Part shown: in pieces, positions 29,392-39,690 of the stretch | Layout of the letters: each line of letters opens with the position of its first letter | How positions within the stretch are numbered: position 1 is the first letter of the stretch | Source: an uncultured Planctomycetaceae bacterium | GTDB taxonomy: Bacteria; Planctomycetota; Planctomycetia; Isosphaerales; Isosphaeraceae | Assembly: GCA_963826905.1 (NCBI GenBank) | Contig: CAWGZA010000003.1 | Span: 282,769 to 346,768, forward strand | Direction: 5' to 3' | DNA: 64,000 bases | Program-made: the position numbers and the translations under genes | Notes under the pieces: generated by a model | The model's input: the letters and a program-made list of their open reading frames with translations, nothing else | Told to the model about the DNA's origin: nothing | The model's database searches: none

Positions 29392-29853
29392 CTAGAGGGC
29401 ATCGCTCCGATAGTCTGCACCCTGGTTGAGCCGATCGATGATTCTGCGCAGGTTCAGCTCCTGGTAATCGCCGAGCGGTTCCAGGTTGAGCAGCAGTCCA
29501 TCCGCCAGGATCGTGGTCTTGATCGTGGCTCGACCGCGATTCACGGACACCAGACGAAGGTCGAGAAGGCCGGTGCCCACCTTGATGAGATCGCCCGCCT
29601 TGAGCGTGATCGCCAGGTTGGAGAATCGGGCCGTCGTCCGGTTGTGCGATTCCGGCGGGTTGCGGTTGCGGGCACCTTCGCGAAGCACATTCACATCGGA
29701 GCGACCGAGGAAGCAGAACTTCACGGCTCCGCCCCGGAACTGCACGGGAATGAAAGTCAGCAGGTGCTCGTGAATGACCGAGCCATCGGGACCGGTCACC
29801 ACCCGTTTGAGATCCACGGGTTGGTCTCGTCCAATCTGAGATAGCACGTCCAT
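29392..29853 (-). CDS. Hypothetical 153-aa protein upstream of csrA, possible FliW-like CsrA partner
   Basis: ATG at 29851-29853 with GGAAGAGG upstream. Loose resemblance to FliW N-terminal (LLTFIPVQF..KFCFL versus IVFEQGIPGF..KQFVLL) and C-terminal (ATIKTTILADG...Y) patterns. Size and operon position (partner-csrA) fit. Confidence 0.45.
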   Translation of the reverse strand: MDVLSQIGRDQPVDLKRVVTGPDGSVIHEHLLTFIPVQFRGGAVKFCFLGRSDVNVLREGARNRNPPESHNRTTARFSNLAITLKAGDLIKVGTGLLDLRLVSVNRGRATIKTTILADGLLLNLEPLGDYQELNLRRIIDRLNQGADYRSDAL

Positions 29854-30123
29854 GCGGTAACCTCTTCCGATCAGGTTGGCCCCGTTGCAACGAGGGGCAT
29901 TCATGGTGCAATCCTTTGCAGTTGGCATGACTGCCGACTGGTGTTCGACGGGAAGCCCGCGAATGGTGGTGGATCCGGGTGTCGAACGTTTGGAGTTTAT
30001 ACAAGATCGAGGGCGAGCCGTCAATCGGTTTCGAGACCCGGAATCAGGATGGTATTCAGATGATCTGCTCCACGGCAGCCAGTACTTGGTCCACTGCAGA
30101 GAGATCCGGCGAAACGCTTCGAG

Positions 30124-30675
30124 TCATCGACTCTTGCTGAGCGTGACCTTGCCAAAAGTCAAGAAGATCTGGAGAGCTCCAGACGGTCCTCGATAGGCGC
30201 CTCGGGCGTTGCACAGATGTGCTGCGATGGCCGCCATGTCCCACGCGTCTTGCTCCTCGCCTGACCAGCTTGGCTCGGTCAGTTGCGCGATCTTGTGCTG
30301 ATCGCCGTAGGCCTTCACCTTGAGCGAATCGGCTTTGAGCGCGTCCTCGACGGACGGATTGTCCCAGGCCCAGAGCCACGTCTTCTTCTCGGTGTTGAAC
30401 GAGCCGATGATCTGCGCCGGGCAGGTTGCTCGAGTGCCGTCGCTTCTCGAAAACACGAGAGTGCCTGCCTTCTGGTCCATGTCCCAGCGATCGAATTTGT
30501 CGATACCCCAGACCTGATTGGCTTGCTGCTTGAGCTGCAGCTCTTCCGTGCTGGTTTTCATGAGCTGGTCAAACTGGGCGCGTGATTGCACATCGCTTCC
30601 CGGGGCACAGGCTGCACCCAGCAGCATCAGCGAGATTGAAGCCAATCGCAATGCCGATTTCATTGCTCTGAGCAC
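30124..30675 (-). CDS. Hypothetical lipoprotein
   Basis: Signal peptide with lipobox LLGAAC; no family recognised. Confidence 0.55.
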   Translation of the reverse strand: MLRAMKSALRLASISLMLLGAACAPGSDVQSRAQFDQLMKTSTEELQLKQQANQVWGIDKFDRWDMDQKAGTLVFSRSDGTRATCPAQIIGSFNTEKKTWLWAWDNPSVEDALKADSLKVKAYGDQHKIAQLTEPSWSGEEQDAWDMAAIAAHLCNARGAYRGPSGALQIFLTFGKVTLSKSR

Positions 30676-30835
30676 GGAACAGACTCCGTGGATCGCGCTG
30701 CTCGAGGAGATCGCCGCCTCATCCTATCGGTCCGTGTCACGCCTGGTCAAGCAACGCAACATGCCCGCCGGATTGGGGCGGGCATGTTCGCGCACGCGAC
30801 GAGGGCTCGGCTGCGATTCGTTGCTTCAGTGGTTA

Positions 30836-33166
30836 TCAAGTCTTGCCGGCGGTAGTTGTGGCCGCCCCGACCGGCCGCGGGCGAGGAGCTGAGGACGCCG
30901 TCCGGGAAGGATCGGCCACCTCCAGGTTGAGATCAACGTTGCCGTTGGCCAGCGAACCCACGTTGGCCTTCATCGCTTCCTCGATGTTGTCCATGGCTTG
31001 CTTGGAAATCTTGTCGGAGAACTCCTGAAGCACGTTGCCGCCGGGCAGCCCCGCAACGTCGAAGCCGGACTTCTCGGCGACCAGCAGGCTCAGCAGCATG
31101 CCCAGCAGCCCCGTGCCGGCCGTCGCCCCCACGCCCACGGGCAAGCCGTCCGCCGAATGACCGTTGCTGCCGCCTCCACCAGCGATGAAGACCCGCTCGG
31201 GGACCAGCGGCTGACTGCTCCTGGCCAGGTTCTGGGCGACGATCGACAGGGCGTACAACCTCGGGTCAGTGAACGACTGGATCTTGCGAACCAGTACCGA
31301 CGCCTCCGACAGACCTTCCTGGAGAATCCTTGCACCTTCGCCGCGGCCGGCGAGAATTCGCTGCTGGCTCTCGGCCTGGGCGGTAATGATCTTCTGTTCG
31401 GCCTCCTTGCGAGCCTTGGCAAGCTGGGCCTCGGCCTCGTTTTCGACGATCTGGACCTGGACCAGCGAGTTGGTCAGCTTGGTCTGCATCGCGGCCGTGG
31501 CCTGCGCCTCGTTGAGGGCCCGCAGCTTCTCGGACGCGGTCACCTGCTTGGCGTAGGTCTCGACTTGCTCGAGCGACAGTTGCCGCAGGCGGAGCTGTTC
31601 GAGTAGTGTCTCGATCTTGCCGCCGGCCTCGGCCGTGTCGGGCTTGCCGATCAGCACGTCCACGCACTCGATGTCGAAGTTGTGGAACTTGCGGCCCAGC
31701 TCCTGGCTCGACTCGTGCTGGATCGCGTCGCGCTCCTGCAAGAGCTCGAGCATCGTCCGCTTGTGGGCCACGTCGCGGAAGTATGCCGAGAGCATCGGGT
31801 CGAGCGTCTGCGTGATCAGCTTCTTGACGTCGCCGAACCGCTGAATCACGCTCGGAGCCTTCTGGTAGTCAATGTGGACCACGACCGACAGTGGCAAGGT
31901 CGGCTCGTACGCGTCCTTGGTGACCAGGTCGATCGACCGCAGGCTCTCGTCATAGCGGTGCGTCTCGGTCCGGCCGGTGACCCAGTGGAGCACGAAGTTG
32001 GTGGTCGGCACCAGCACGATATTGCCCGCGTAGGTGTTGAAGGCGTACTTGCCCGGCCCCAGCGGTTTCTCCAGCACACCGCGTTCGCCCTCGCCCACGC
32101 GCTCGCCGTGGCGGAAACCCTGGCCGGAAACGTCCTGGCCGGTCCGGCCGTAGTAGCTGACGATCACGCCCACATAGCCGATCGGCACGATCGTCTTGGG
32201 AATCGATTCCAGGGTGGCAAACCAGCGGTTGATGAAGTACGTACCATCGGTCAGAGCCACGTACTGCAAGCCCCTGCGACCGCCGGCCAGCAGAAACGCC
32301 TCGGTGTCCTGATAGTTATTGTGGAAGAACTTGTCGTTGCGATCGGTGCCGACCGCCGGGGCAATGATCTCGCCCGGGGGCAGCGACGGCCCGTCGTGCA
32401 CGGTGACGATGCCCATGCTGTCGACCAGGAGCTTCTTGTCGGGATTGAGCGGGTCCACTGCCTCGATCGGTCCGCCGATCACGACCGGGTTGAAGCCATC
32501 GAGCTCGGCCAGCTCGTTCTGCCAGTTGACCAGGGTCTTGAACTCTTTCGGCCCGCCCGTGTCCAGGCGGTAGACCATGTCTTCGGTCAGAACGTAAAAG
32601 AGCGAGAGGTTCAGGGCGTACACGCCTTCACGGAGGATCGCTCGCTGCCGCCCGCGCTGGCCCGTGACCGCCTCCTGGTCGGGACTGATCTGTTCACCCA
32701 CCAGGAAACCGCGGGCGTCCTGGAAGTTGTTGCAGGAAACCACGCAGCCGAGGGTCTGGCTGGGTGCCAGCGGCTGGCCGTCTCTGGCATAGACGTAGCC
32801 GATCTTGCCCTGGGGCACGGTTACCAGCGGAACCCGGTGAATCCGGTACTGCCACCGCCAGCGGCCGAAATGGAGACCGCCGCGGAGCACCTCGGCCTGG
32901 AAACCGGCCTCGCCGTTGAGGGCGATGATCCCTCCCTCGGGAACCGAACCTCTGACCGACCACAACTTCTCGACGATGCCGACCCGGTTGTTGGCGATGT
33001 ACCGCAGGCCGGTCAGCTCACAGAGCACAATGACACCCACGACCAGGCCCACGATCCACAGAATGCCGGATGGAAGGTCCGCCAGGGCCGCGATGACCGG
33101 CGAAATCCCCGACGAATCGAACCGCGGCAGGAACGTTGCCACATGCTCAAACAGTGGCGATCCCAC
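30836..33166 (-). CDS. Flotillin / SPFH (band-7) family membrane protein
   Basis: N-terminal TM, SPFH domain, long Ala/Glu/Gln-rich coiled-coil (AEAQLAKARKEAEQKIITAQAESQQRI), Gly-rich C-terminus; typical bacterial flotillin (YqiK-like). Confidence 0.85.
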   Translation of the reverse strand: MGSPLFEHVATFLPRFDSSGISPVIAALADLPSGILWIVGLVVGVIVLCELTGLRYIANNRVGIVEKLWSVRGSVPEGGIIALNGEAGFQAEVLRGGLHFGRWRWQYRIHRVPLVTVPQGKIGYVYARDGQPLAPSQTLGCVVSCNNFQDARGFLVGEQISPDQEAVTGQRGRQRAILREGVYALNLSLFYVLTEDMVYRLDTGGPKEFKTLVNWQNELAELDGFNPVVIGGPIEAVDPLNPDKKLLVDSMGIVTVHDGPSLPPGEIIAPAVGTDRNDKFFHNNYQDTEAFLLAGGRRGLQYVALTDGTYFINRWFATLESIPKTIVPIGYVGVIVSYYGRTGQDVSGQGFRHGERVGEGERGVLEKPLGPGKYAFNTYAGNIVLVPTTNFVLHWVTGRTETHRYDESLRSIDLVTKDAYEPTLPLSVVVHIDYQKAPSVIQRFGDVKKLITQTLDPMLSAYFRDVAHKRTMLELLQERDAIQHESSQELGRKFHNFDIECVDVLIGKPDTAEAGGKIETLLEQLRLRQLSLEQVETYAKQVTASEKLRALNEAQATAAMQTKLTNSLVQVQIVENEAEAQLAKARKEAEQKIITAQAESQQRILAGRGEGARILQEGLSEASVLVRKIQSFTDPRLYALSIVAQNLARSSQPLVPERVFIAGGGGSNGHSADGLPVGVGATAGTGLLGMLLSLLVAEKSGFDVAGLPGGNVLQEFSDKISKQAMDNIEEAMKANVGSLANGNVDLNLEVADPSRTASSAPRPRPVGAATTTAGKT

Positions 33167-33399
33167 GACTCAGCTCCTTCGGTGAACGAACGCGTGATGA
33201 CTGCTCGAATCGGAACAATCCGCAGAGTGTCTCAGTCTCTCGCAGTTTACCTGATCGCCAGGCTCGTGAGGGTCGTTCTGCCCTCCGTATTTGACGTGTA
33301 TTCGCCGCCGGCCCGGAATATTCAGCGGATTCCGCATTCACGCCGCACCGGGGATGCCACCACGTTGACGTCGGAAGAACCTCGATTTAGGCTGCACCC

Positions 33400-33969
33400 A
33401 TGAGCTTTGAAGTGGAAGTCAAGTATCGGGCGGTTGATCACGACCACCTGGTGAAACGTTTGATAGAACTAGGCGCCGCGGCTGCCGCGTCGGTACACCA
33501 CGAGGACGTCTATCTCAACCACCCCGCACGTGATTTCGCCCGGACCGGCGAGGCCTTTCGAATCCGCAGGATCGGGGACGAGAACCGGATCACCTACAAA
33601 GGTCCTCGACTCGCCGGCCCGGCCAAGACCCGCGAAGAGATCGAGATTCCCTTCGCCCCCGGCACCGATCAGTTCCGCCACTTGCTAAGGCTCCTGGAAA
33701 ACCTCGGTTTCAGCCCGGTCGCCACGGTCCGTAAGCGACGCGAAAGCTTCCACTTGACTTTCCAGGAGCACGAACTGGAGATCGTTCTCGACACGGCTGA
33801 AGGCCTGGGTCCCTTCGCCGAGATCGAGACAATTGCCAGCAGCCAGGTCGATCTCCTCGCCGCCCAGCAGGCTGTCATCGCCCTCGCCGGGTTGCTCGGT
33901 TTGACTCAAGTCGAACCCAGGTCGTACCTTGGAATGATCCTCGAGAGCCAGACCAGAGCGCCCGGATAA
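33400..33969 (+). CDS. CYTH-domain protein (class IV adenylate cyclase / triphosphatase family)
   Basis: EVEVKYR N-terminal motif; FRIRR...ITYKGP...EIE; ~190 aa CYTH fold pattern. Confidence 0.75.
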   Translation: MSFEVEVKYRAVDHDHLVKRLIELGAAAAASVHHEDVYLNHPARDFARTGEAFRIRRIGDENRITYKGPRLAGPAKTREEIEIPFAPGTDQFRHLLRLLENLGFSPVATVRKRRESFHLTFQEHELEIVLDTAEGLGPFAEIETIASSQVDLLAAQQAVIALAGLLGLTQVEPRSYLGMILESQTRAPG

Positions 33970-33976
33970 AACAGCC

Positions 33977-34976
33977 ATGCTTGTCGTCATGCAGAGCCAT
34001 GCCACGGCCGACCAGATTGATCGGGTTCTGGAAGCGATTCGCGAGATGGGCCTCACGCCGCACGCGATGCCCGGGCCCACGCGGACGGCGATCGGCATCA
34101 CGGGCAATACCGGCGCCGTCGATTCCCGCAATCTTGAGACGCTTCCCGGTGTCTTTGAATTGATCCGGGTGACCAAGCCCTACAAGCTCGCCAGCCGCGA
34201 GATGCACCGCCACGACACTGTGATCTCGCTGCCTCAGGGGACAATCGGCGGGCCGGGCCTGACGATCATCGCCGGCCCGTGCGCGGTCGAGAACGAGACG
34301 ATGCTCCTGCATACTGCCGAATGGCTGATGGAGCGGGGAGTTCGCTTACTCCGCGGCGGTGCCTACAAGCCGCGAACCAGCCCTTATTCGTTTCAGGGTA
34401 TGGGTCTGGAGGGACTGGAGATCCTCCGCCGGGCCCGCGCGGACTGGAATCGGCATCGTGACCGAACTGATGGATACGGAAACCGCCGACGCCGTCGAGG
34501 ACGCCGCCGACATCATCCAGATTGGCGCCCGTAACATGCAGAACTACAGCCTGCTACGACGCGTCTCCAAGGCGCGAAAGCCCGTCTTGCTCAAGCGCGG
34601 CATGTCGGCCACCCTGGAAGAATGGCTGATGTCGGCCGAGTACGTCCTATCCGGAGGCAATTACCAGGTCATCCTCTGCGAGCGGGGCGTGCGGACGTTT
34701 TCCGACCACAGCCGCAACACGCTCGATCTCTCGGTCGTTCCCCCGGTTCGAAAACTGTCGCACCTGCCCATCCTCGTCGATCCCAGTCACGGGACAGGCA
34801 AGCGCGAATATGTTCAGCCGATGGCCCTGGCCGCGATCGCCGCCGGTGCCCACGGCCTGATGATCGAAGTCCATCCCGATCCCGACCGGGCCCTCTCCGA
34901 CGGCGCACAGTCGCTCGACTTCGCGGGCTTCGAGCGGCTGCTGGCGAAGGTTCGTGACCTGGCGGAACACCTGTGA
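33977..34976 (+). CDS. aroF: 3-deoxy-7-phosphoheptulonate (DAHP) synthase, type I-beta with N-terminal regulatory domain, one frameshift near 34430
   Basis: [60 protein letters not shown], frame switch, ...[11 protein letters not shown]...[15 protein letters not shown]... Confidence 0.85.
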
Positions 34977-35197
34977 ATGGGGCGTGAGTCGCAAGGGAAC
35001 AGAAGACCGTCGCAAGGGTCGTCACGCCGCCAGTTCATCCGGTTCGTCGATGTTGCCGAGCGGCCGCAGTCGTCCACTGGCGGCACGGTCGACAGGTTGA
35101 TTTGGTCTCTGGCCAAAGGACCTGCGTCGTCACCTCGGGGCTTCGAGACCGGCGAAACCCTCTATTGGATCCTGACGGCGTCGGGTAGGATCGGACC

Positions 35198-35584
35198 ATG
35201 CGACGGATTCAAGCGGCCCTGATTCTGGTCGTTCTCCTCATCGGCCTCGCGTCGAGCAAGCCAGGTGCGGCGGAGGAACGGCCGGTACGGATCGACGCGG
35301 CGTGCGCCGTCGCCCACGACGGGTTGCTCGGGGCAGACCTCCATCCGGGACCCATCCCTTCATTCAACCTGGCGAAATCCTTCGACAGCTTGATCCTGTC
35401 GCTACCCCTCCTGGCCGACATCTCCTACGACGGCCTGTGGCCCTCTCTTGACAGCCTGATCCCGGCGCTCGCCCTCCTGAACCAGGATCCACCGGTCGCC
35501 GTAATCTGCCGACGCTGGTGCCCTGCGGGCTGGCCGGTATCGGCGGCCGGGCGACTCACCTGGCTCCAGCGCTTCCTGTTTTGA
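35198..35584 (+). CDS. Hypothetical small secreted protein
   Basis: Signal-like N-terminus MRRIQAALILVVLLIGLASS; weak coding evidence. Confidence 0.3.
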   Translation: MRRIQAALILVVLLIGLASSKPGAAEERPVRIDAACAVAHDGLLGADLHPGPIPSFNLAKSFDSLILSLPLLADISYDGLWPSLDSLIPALALLNQDPPVAVICRRWCPAGWPVSAAGRLTWLQRFLF

Positions 35585-35689
35585 CCAAGGCCCCATGAGC
35601 GGCAAAGTCCCGGCGCGCGCCCTTGAGGGCCACGCCGCCCGGATCGTCACGCGCATTGATCCTTCGGCCTACAAGACAGGAGCGAACCC

Positions 35690-36637
35690 ATGAACCCGTC
35701 CCGACTGCCGCGCCAGCGCGGTATCACGCTGGTCGAATTGCTGGTGGTGATCACGATCATCGCCATCCTGATCGCCCTGTTACTCCCGGCCGCTCAGGCC
35801 GGGCGCGAAGCGGCGCGTCGTGCCCGATGTGCAAATAATCTGAAGCAAATCGGCCTGGCGATACACAACTACTTCGGCGCCGTGGGATGCTTCCCGCCGG
35901 GGTACGTCAGCATCGTGCCAGGCCTTCAACCCACCGACCTCGAGTTCGGACCGGGGTGGGGCTGGGGGACGATGGTCCTCCAGTTCATCGAACAGACCCC
36001 GCTCCACGCTGCGGTTAACTTCAACCTGCCGATCACCGACCCCGGCTCGCAAACGGTCCGGGCGTCGAACCTGTCCGTCTACCTCTGTCCGAGTTCCGTC
36101 GGGGCCGCGCCGATCAGGCTGAGCGACAGCTCCGGCAAGAGCCTGGTCAACGACCTGTCGCCAGGCCAGTACGTCGCCTCGGCGGGGCAGTTTCAGGTCG
36201 CGGACTGGCCGTCCGATAACAACGGCGTGTTCTTCCGGAACAGTCGTGTCGGCTTGCGCGATATCACAGACGGGTCGAGTCTGACCATGATGGCCGGGGA
36301 GCGGTCGCGGACCATCTCCGACGCGACATGGGTCGGCGTCATCCCCTCGGCCGAGTTCTGCACCAAGCCTACAAGGGATTACGAAGAGTGCCGCCCGTCC
36401 TATGCGATGGTCCTGGCTCACACCGGACCAACTCCGCCTGGAGGCTATTGGTGGGTCGTCGTGCCCAACAGCAAGGCGGCCGCCGCCGACAACTTCTGGA
36501 GCTTGCACCCTGGCGGGTGCAACTTTGTGTTCTGCGACGGGTCGGTGCGGTTCCTCAAGGAGACGATCGCTGCAAGGGTCTTCAGCTCCCTGTCAACCCG
36601 CGCCGGGGGTGAAGTTATCGGTGCCGACCAGTTCTGA
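35690..36637 (+). CDS. DUF1559-domain protein with prepilin-type N-terminal cleavage/methylation motif (Planctomycete pseudopilin-like)
   Basis: [52 protein letters not shown]...[21 protein letters not shown] is the DUF1559 hallmark. Confidence 0.9.
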   Translation: MNPSRLPRQRGITLVELLVVITIIAILIALLLPAAQAGREAARRARCANNLKQIGLAIHNYFGAVGCFPPGYVSIVPGLQPTDLEFGPGWGWGTMVLQFIEQTPLHAAVNFNLPITDPGSQTVRASNLSVYLCPSSVGAAPIRLSDSSGKSLVNDLSPGQYVASAGQFQVADWPSDNNGVFFRNSRVGLRDITDGSSLTMMAGERSRTISDATWVGVIPSAEFCTKPTRDYEECRPSYAMVLAHTGPTPPGGYWWVVVPNSKAAAADNFWSLHPGGCNFVFCDGSVRFLKETIAARVFSSLSTRAGGEVIGADQF

Positions 36638-36638
36638 G

Positions 36639-37367
36639 TCACGACGACCATGCCAGCCAGAACTGCCTCACGAAGACACCAACAAGTACGCAAACACATG
36701 CGAAAGCCGGAACGACGAGCAACGCATGGGCCGAGAAGAGTAGCAGCAGTGCGGGACGCATCAGTGAATTGCGTCGCCCGCTCGGGTCATGTTCGACAGG
36801 ATCGGGTTGGATCGGCTGACGGCAAGAAGTAGCGGCAAGGGAGGCGGGTACGGCGGCAGCAAACGCGATCGCGGCCAGAACGTCCGCCGGAGCACCCTGG
36901 GAGAGGCACCATAAGTCATAAGCCGCTATCACCAGGGCAGCCACCGAAGTCATACCCACGAAGCTCCAGATGGCCCAACGTCGACCTTGCCCGAGGCCGG
37001 AAACTATCACCAAAAAGGCAGCGGCCAGTGCGAAAGCGATGAGGGCCGAACCGATCAAGAACGCATCGTCGAAATCGCGGTTGGCATAGTGGTACAGGCG
37101 ACGTGGCTCGATATTCAGCCCGGGCAGGCGAGTCGCCCCGTGCGCATTCAAAAGGACCCAGGCCAGGCAGATCAATCGGAATAAAGGCGACTGTTGAACG
37201 CCGTCATCCCAGACACGGGTGATCGCGAGGAGGGCCAGCAGGGCCAGGCAGGCCATGATTGCCAGGCCAGCCCAGAACCAGCAGGCCATGCAGGCTGCGA
37301 CGATCGAAATGTTGCGTGAACGATGGTTTACCGATGAGTCTCCACGATGGTTCACAGTGGAAAGCAT
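36639..37367 (-). CDS. Hypothetical multi-pass membrane protein
   Basis: Five or six hydrophobic helices; no family recognised; start uncertain. Confidence 0.4.
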   Translation of the reverse strand: MLSTVNHRGDSSVNHRSRNISIVAACMACWFWAGLAIMACLALLALLAITRVWDDGVQQSPLFRLICLAWVLLNAHGATRLPGLNIEPRRLYHYANRDFDDAFLIGSALIAFALAAAFLVIVSGLGQGRRWAIWSFVGMTSVAALVIAAYDLWCLSQGAPADVLAAIAFAAAVPASLAATSCRQPIQPDPVEHDPSGRRNSLMRPALLLLFSAHALLVVPAFACVCVLVGVFVRQFWLAWSS

Positions 37368-37378
37368 GGGCCGGTTCC

Positions 37379-37726
37379 CTAGGCGTCTGTGTCTTCGGGA
37401 TGGGCTGATGTAGGCAGTACCGCCAAGACGACAGCGCGGACATGATCAACGATCGCTGAGGCTTTCTGGGCAGTAATCTGGTCAGGCCAGAACTCCATGT
37501 CGTATCGCAACTGAACCGCGTAGGGAGTGGGAGCCGACAATTCCATGCGGTCAAGCGGGAGCGTCGACGCGACCGCGAGGCACCGGTCATAGATGTCTTC
37601 CGAGGTTGAGGCGATCGCTGTCACCTTTCTGCATCCATCTGCGAGCGAGATCAACCGGGGTTGCCATGCAAGACCCTTCCTTCTCGCAAAGCGGCAGTCA
37701 CAAACGCGTTCGGCACGTCGGACCAC
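37379..37726 (-). CDS. HEPN-domain toxin-type protein paired with MNT
   Basis: C-terminal ...YAVQLRYDMEFWPDQITAQKASAIVDHVRAVV resembles the HEPN RxxxY/RYPD-type end. It is immediately downstream of and overlapping the MNT gene; start uncertain. Confidence 0.6.
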   Translation of the reverse strand: MVRRAERVCDCRFARRKGLAWQPRLISLADGCRKVTAIASTSEDIYDRCLAVASTLPLDRMELSAPTPYAVQLRYDMEFWPDQITAQKASAIVDHVRAVVLAVLPTSAHPEDTDA

Positions 37727-37998
37727 TCTTTCACTTCATCGGGCGTGTAGACCACGATATCCTTGGCCGGGAATACGCCGGCCAAGGCATGGTAATAACG
37801 CGGACTTCGCGCGTAGCGCGGCAAATCAGAATCTTCGATAATGAGCAAGTCCAGGTCGCTGTCCGGTCGTGAGTCCCCGCGTGCACGAGAACCGAAGACC
37901 ACGATCTTGAGTGGCGAGCCCACGAGAAGCACGCGACGGACGACCTCGTCCAGCAATTCCTCGGTGACCGCGGGATATTCCTCTGTCTGACCCATCAC
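37651..37998 (-). CDS. Minimal nucleotidyltransferase (MNT) antitoxin-type protein
   Basis: GSRARGDSRPDSDLDLLII is the GSx9-13DxD nucleotidyltransferase motif; 115 aa. Confidence 0.8.
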   Translation of the reverse strand: MMGQTEEYPAVTEELLDEVVRRVLLVGSPLKIVVFGSRARGDSRPDSDLDLLIIEDSDLPRYARSPRYYHALAGVFPAKDIVVYTPDEVKEWSDVPNAFVTAALREGRVLHGNPG

Positions 37999-38184
37999 GA
38001 AACCTTATCGAACTGGCCAAGAGATCAGGCTTAGATCAGCCCCTGGCATTTTACCAGCGGCGAATCATGGCCACCTACAAATTCTGGAGGAATCCGCAGA
38101 AACCCCCAGAGGTCTGGAGCGGATGCTGTTCGATCGATCTGAACGAAGCGCATCCCTGCCCGAAATACAAGCTCAAGCCATCGG

Positions 38185-39428
38185 TCAGGGTTGCTCCAGG
38201 AATGTTTCCTCTCGGAGAGCTGATTCATGAGGCCCGCGATATAGGGAAGACGCGACCGCGCCGGGGGCGTGGTCGCGCAGCCAGGCGACGATGCGGCCCG
38301 CGGCACGTTGCGAGGCACCGGGCCGGGCGACGCGATGCCGCAAGGCGGCGAGATTGGCGGTCGCCCGGGCGCGGGCTACCGGGTCGTCGAGCCAGGTGCG
38401 GGCCCAGCCGCAAAGTTCGTCCGAGACATCGCGTTCGGTGAGGTACTCCGGCATCAGCTCCTCATCAGCCAGCAGGTTGACGAGGCGTGATATACTTGGC
38501 CTTGATGAACGGGCGGGCGATCCAGAGGTCGAACCGGTTGAGCTTGTAAAGAATCACGGTGGGCAGGGCCTCGGTCATCAACTCGAGGCTGACCGAGCCG
38601 GATACGGCCCAGGCGACGTCGGCGACCCGGATCAGCTCGGCTGTTGCGCGGCGAACACCTCGATCCGTGGTACCGACTGACCCTCAGCGCCACCGGTATT
38701 ATCGGCGAGGATTTGCTCGGCGAGCAGCCGATGGCGTTCGTGCAGGCAGGCCACGGCGAACCGGGTTGCGGGTCGCTGCTGCGCCAGCTTCACGGCTGCA
38801 CGGACCATGATCGGCAGGTTGCGGGTCAATTCCTGGGTTCGTGAACCGGGCAGGATGGCTACCAGCGGGCCTCTTTGAGAGTTTGCCTGAACCTTGGTCA
38901 TGAAGCTCTCGTCGAGTTCGCGCTCGGCGAGCTCGTCGAAATAGGGGTGGCCGACGTATTCGGCCTGACTGACCCCGCGCGCCTTGTACCAGTCGGGCTC
39001 GAACGGCAGGCTGCAAAGCACCAGATCGACGGTCCGTTTCACCTTCTTGACGCGCCAACCGGCCCAGGCCCAGAGCTGCGGCGGAACATAATAGAACACC
39101 GGAACACCGCGCACTGGGCGCGTTTGGCGATCCACCAGTGCAGACCCGGGTAGTCGATGAGGATCACGGCTTCCGGCTTCTGGTCGCGAAAGTAGCGATC
39201 GGCCCGGAAGATCAGGCGGATGAACGTGACGATGTTGAGAAACACGTTGAGGAACCACATGACCGCCAGGTTGACCAGCGGATAGATCAGCTTCGCCCCA
39301 GCCTCGCTCATCTTCGGTCCGCCGAAGCCGACGAATTCGGCTTCCGGCAGCCGCTCGCGGAGGGATTCGATCAGGTTGGCGCCATGAAGGTCGCCACTAG
39401 GCTCGCCGGCCGAGATGAAGAATCGCAT
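38185..39428 (-). CDS. lpxB: Lipid-A-disaccharide synthase LpxB with at least 3 frameshifts
   Basis: MRFFISAGEPSGDLHGANLIESL...ILIDYPGLHWWIAKRAQ, then GVPVFYYVPPQLWAWAGWRVKKVK..., ...IEVFAAQ, then TAELIRVADVAWAVSGSVSLELMTEALPTVILYKLNRFDLWIARPFIKAKYI, then LVNLLADEELMPEYLTERDVSDELCGW..., recovered across frames. Confidence 0.8.
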
Positions 39429-39690
39429 GGTCGAGTCTCGCTTCCGTGCCTGACTGGACTGAACTGAACCAGGTGGCCTCAGAGCCGATCCATCTCGCCC
39501 TGACCTGCCCCGAACCTATTCCGGCATCCTATGGTGATGCGGCGAAACCTAGCAAAATCGGCCACGTCTGAGAAGGCGGATTGACTGCCGGCAGCGTAGT
39601 CAAGAAGATGTGGCTGCGGGAATTCTCCTGCCGAGCGTCTACCGACGGTGAATCTCCACTCACGACGTACCTGCTTGCGGAGCCCGAAGG

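Noticed and set aside
28691-30004. 437-aa minus-strand ORF spanning the CsrA gene and beyond
   Set aside because: Upstream of the MLVLSRKK start the translation is Arg/Pro/Gly-rich junk (…HHSRASRRTPVGSHANCKGLHHE…) and runs through the separate 153-aa gene in another frame. The true CsrA-like CDS starts at 29236.
38031-38318. 95-aa minus-strand ORF overlapping the lpxB 3' end
   Set aside because: It overlaps the verified LpxB C-terminal frame. Only the last ~50 codons are free-standing and there is no RBS or start. It is possibly another frame excursion of the error-prone lpxB region.
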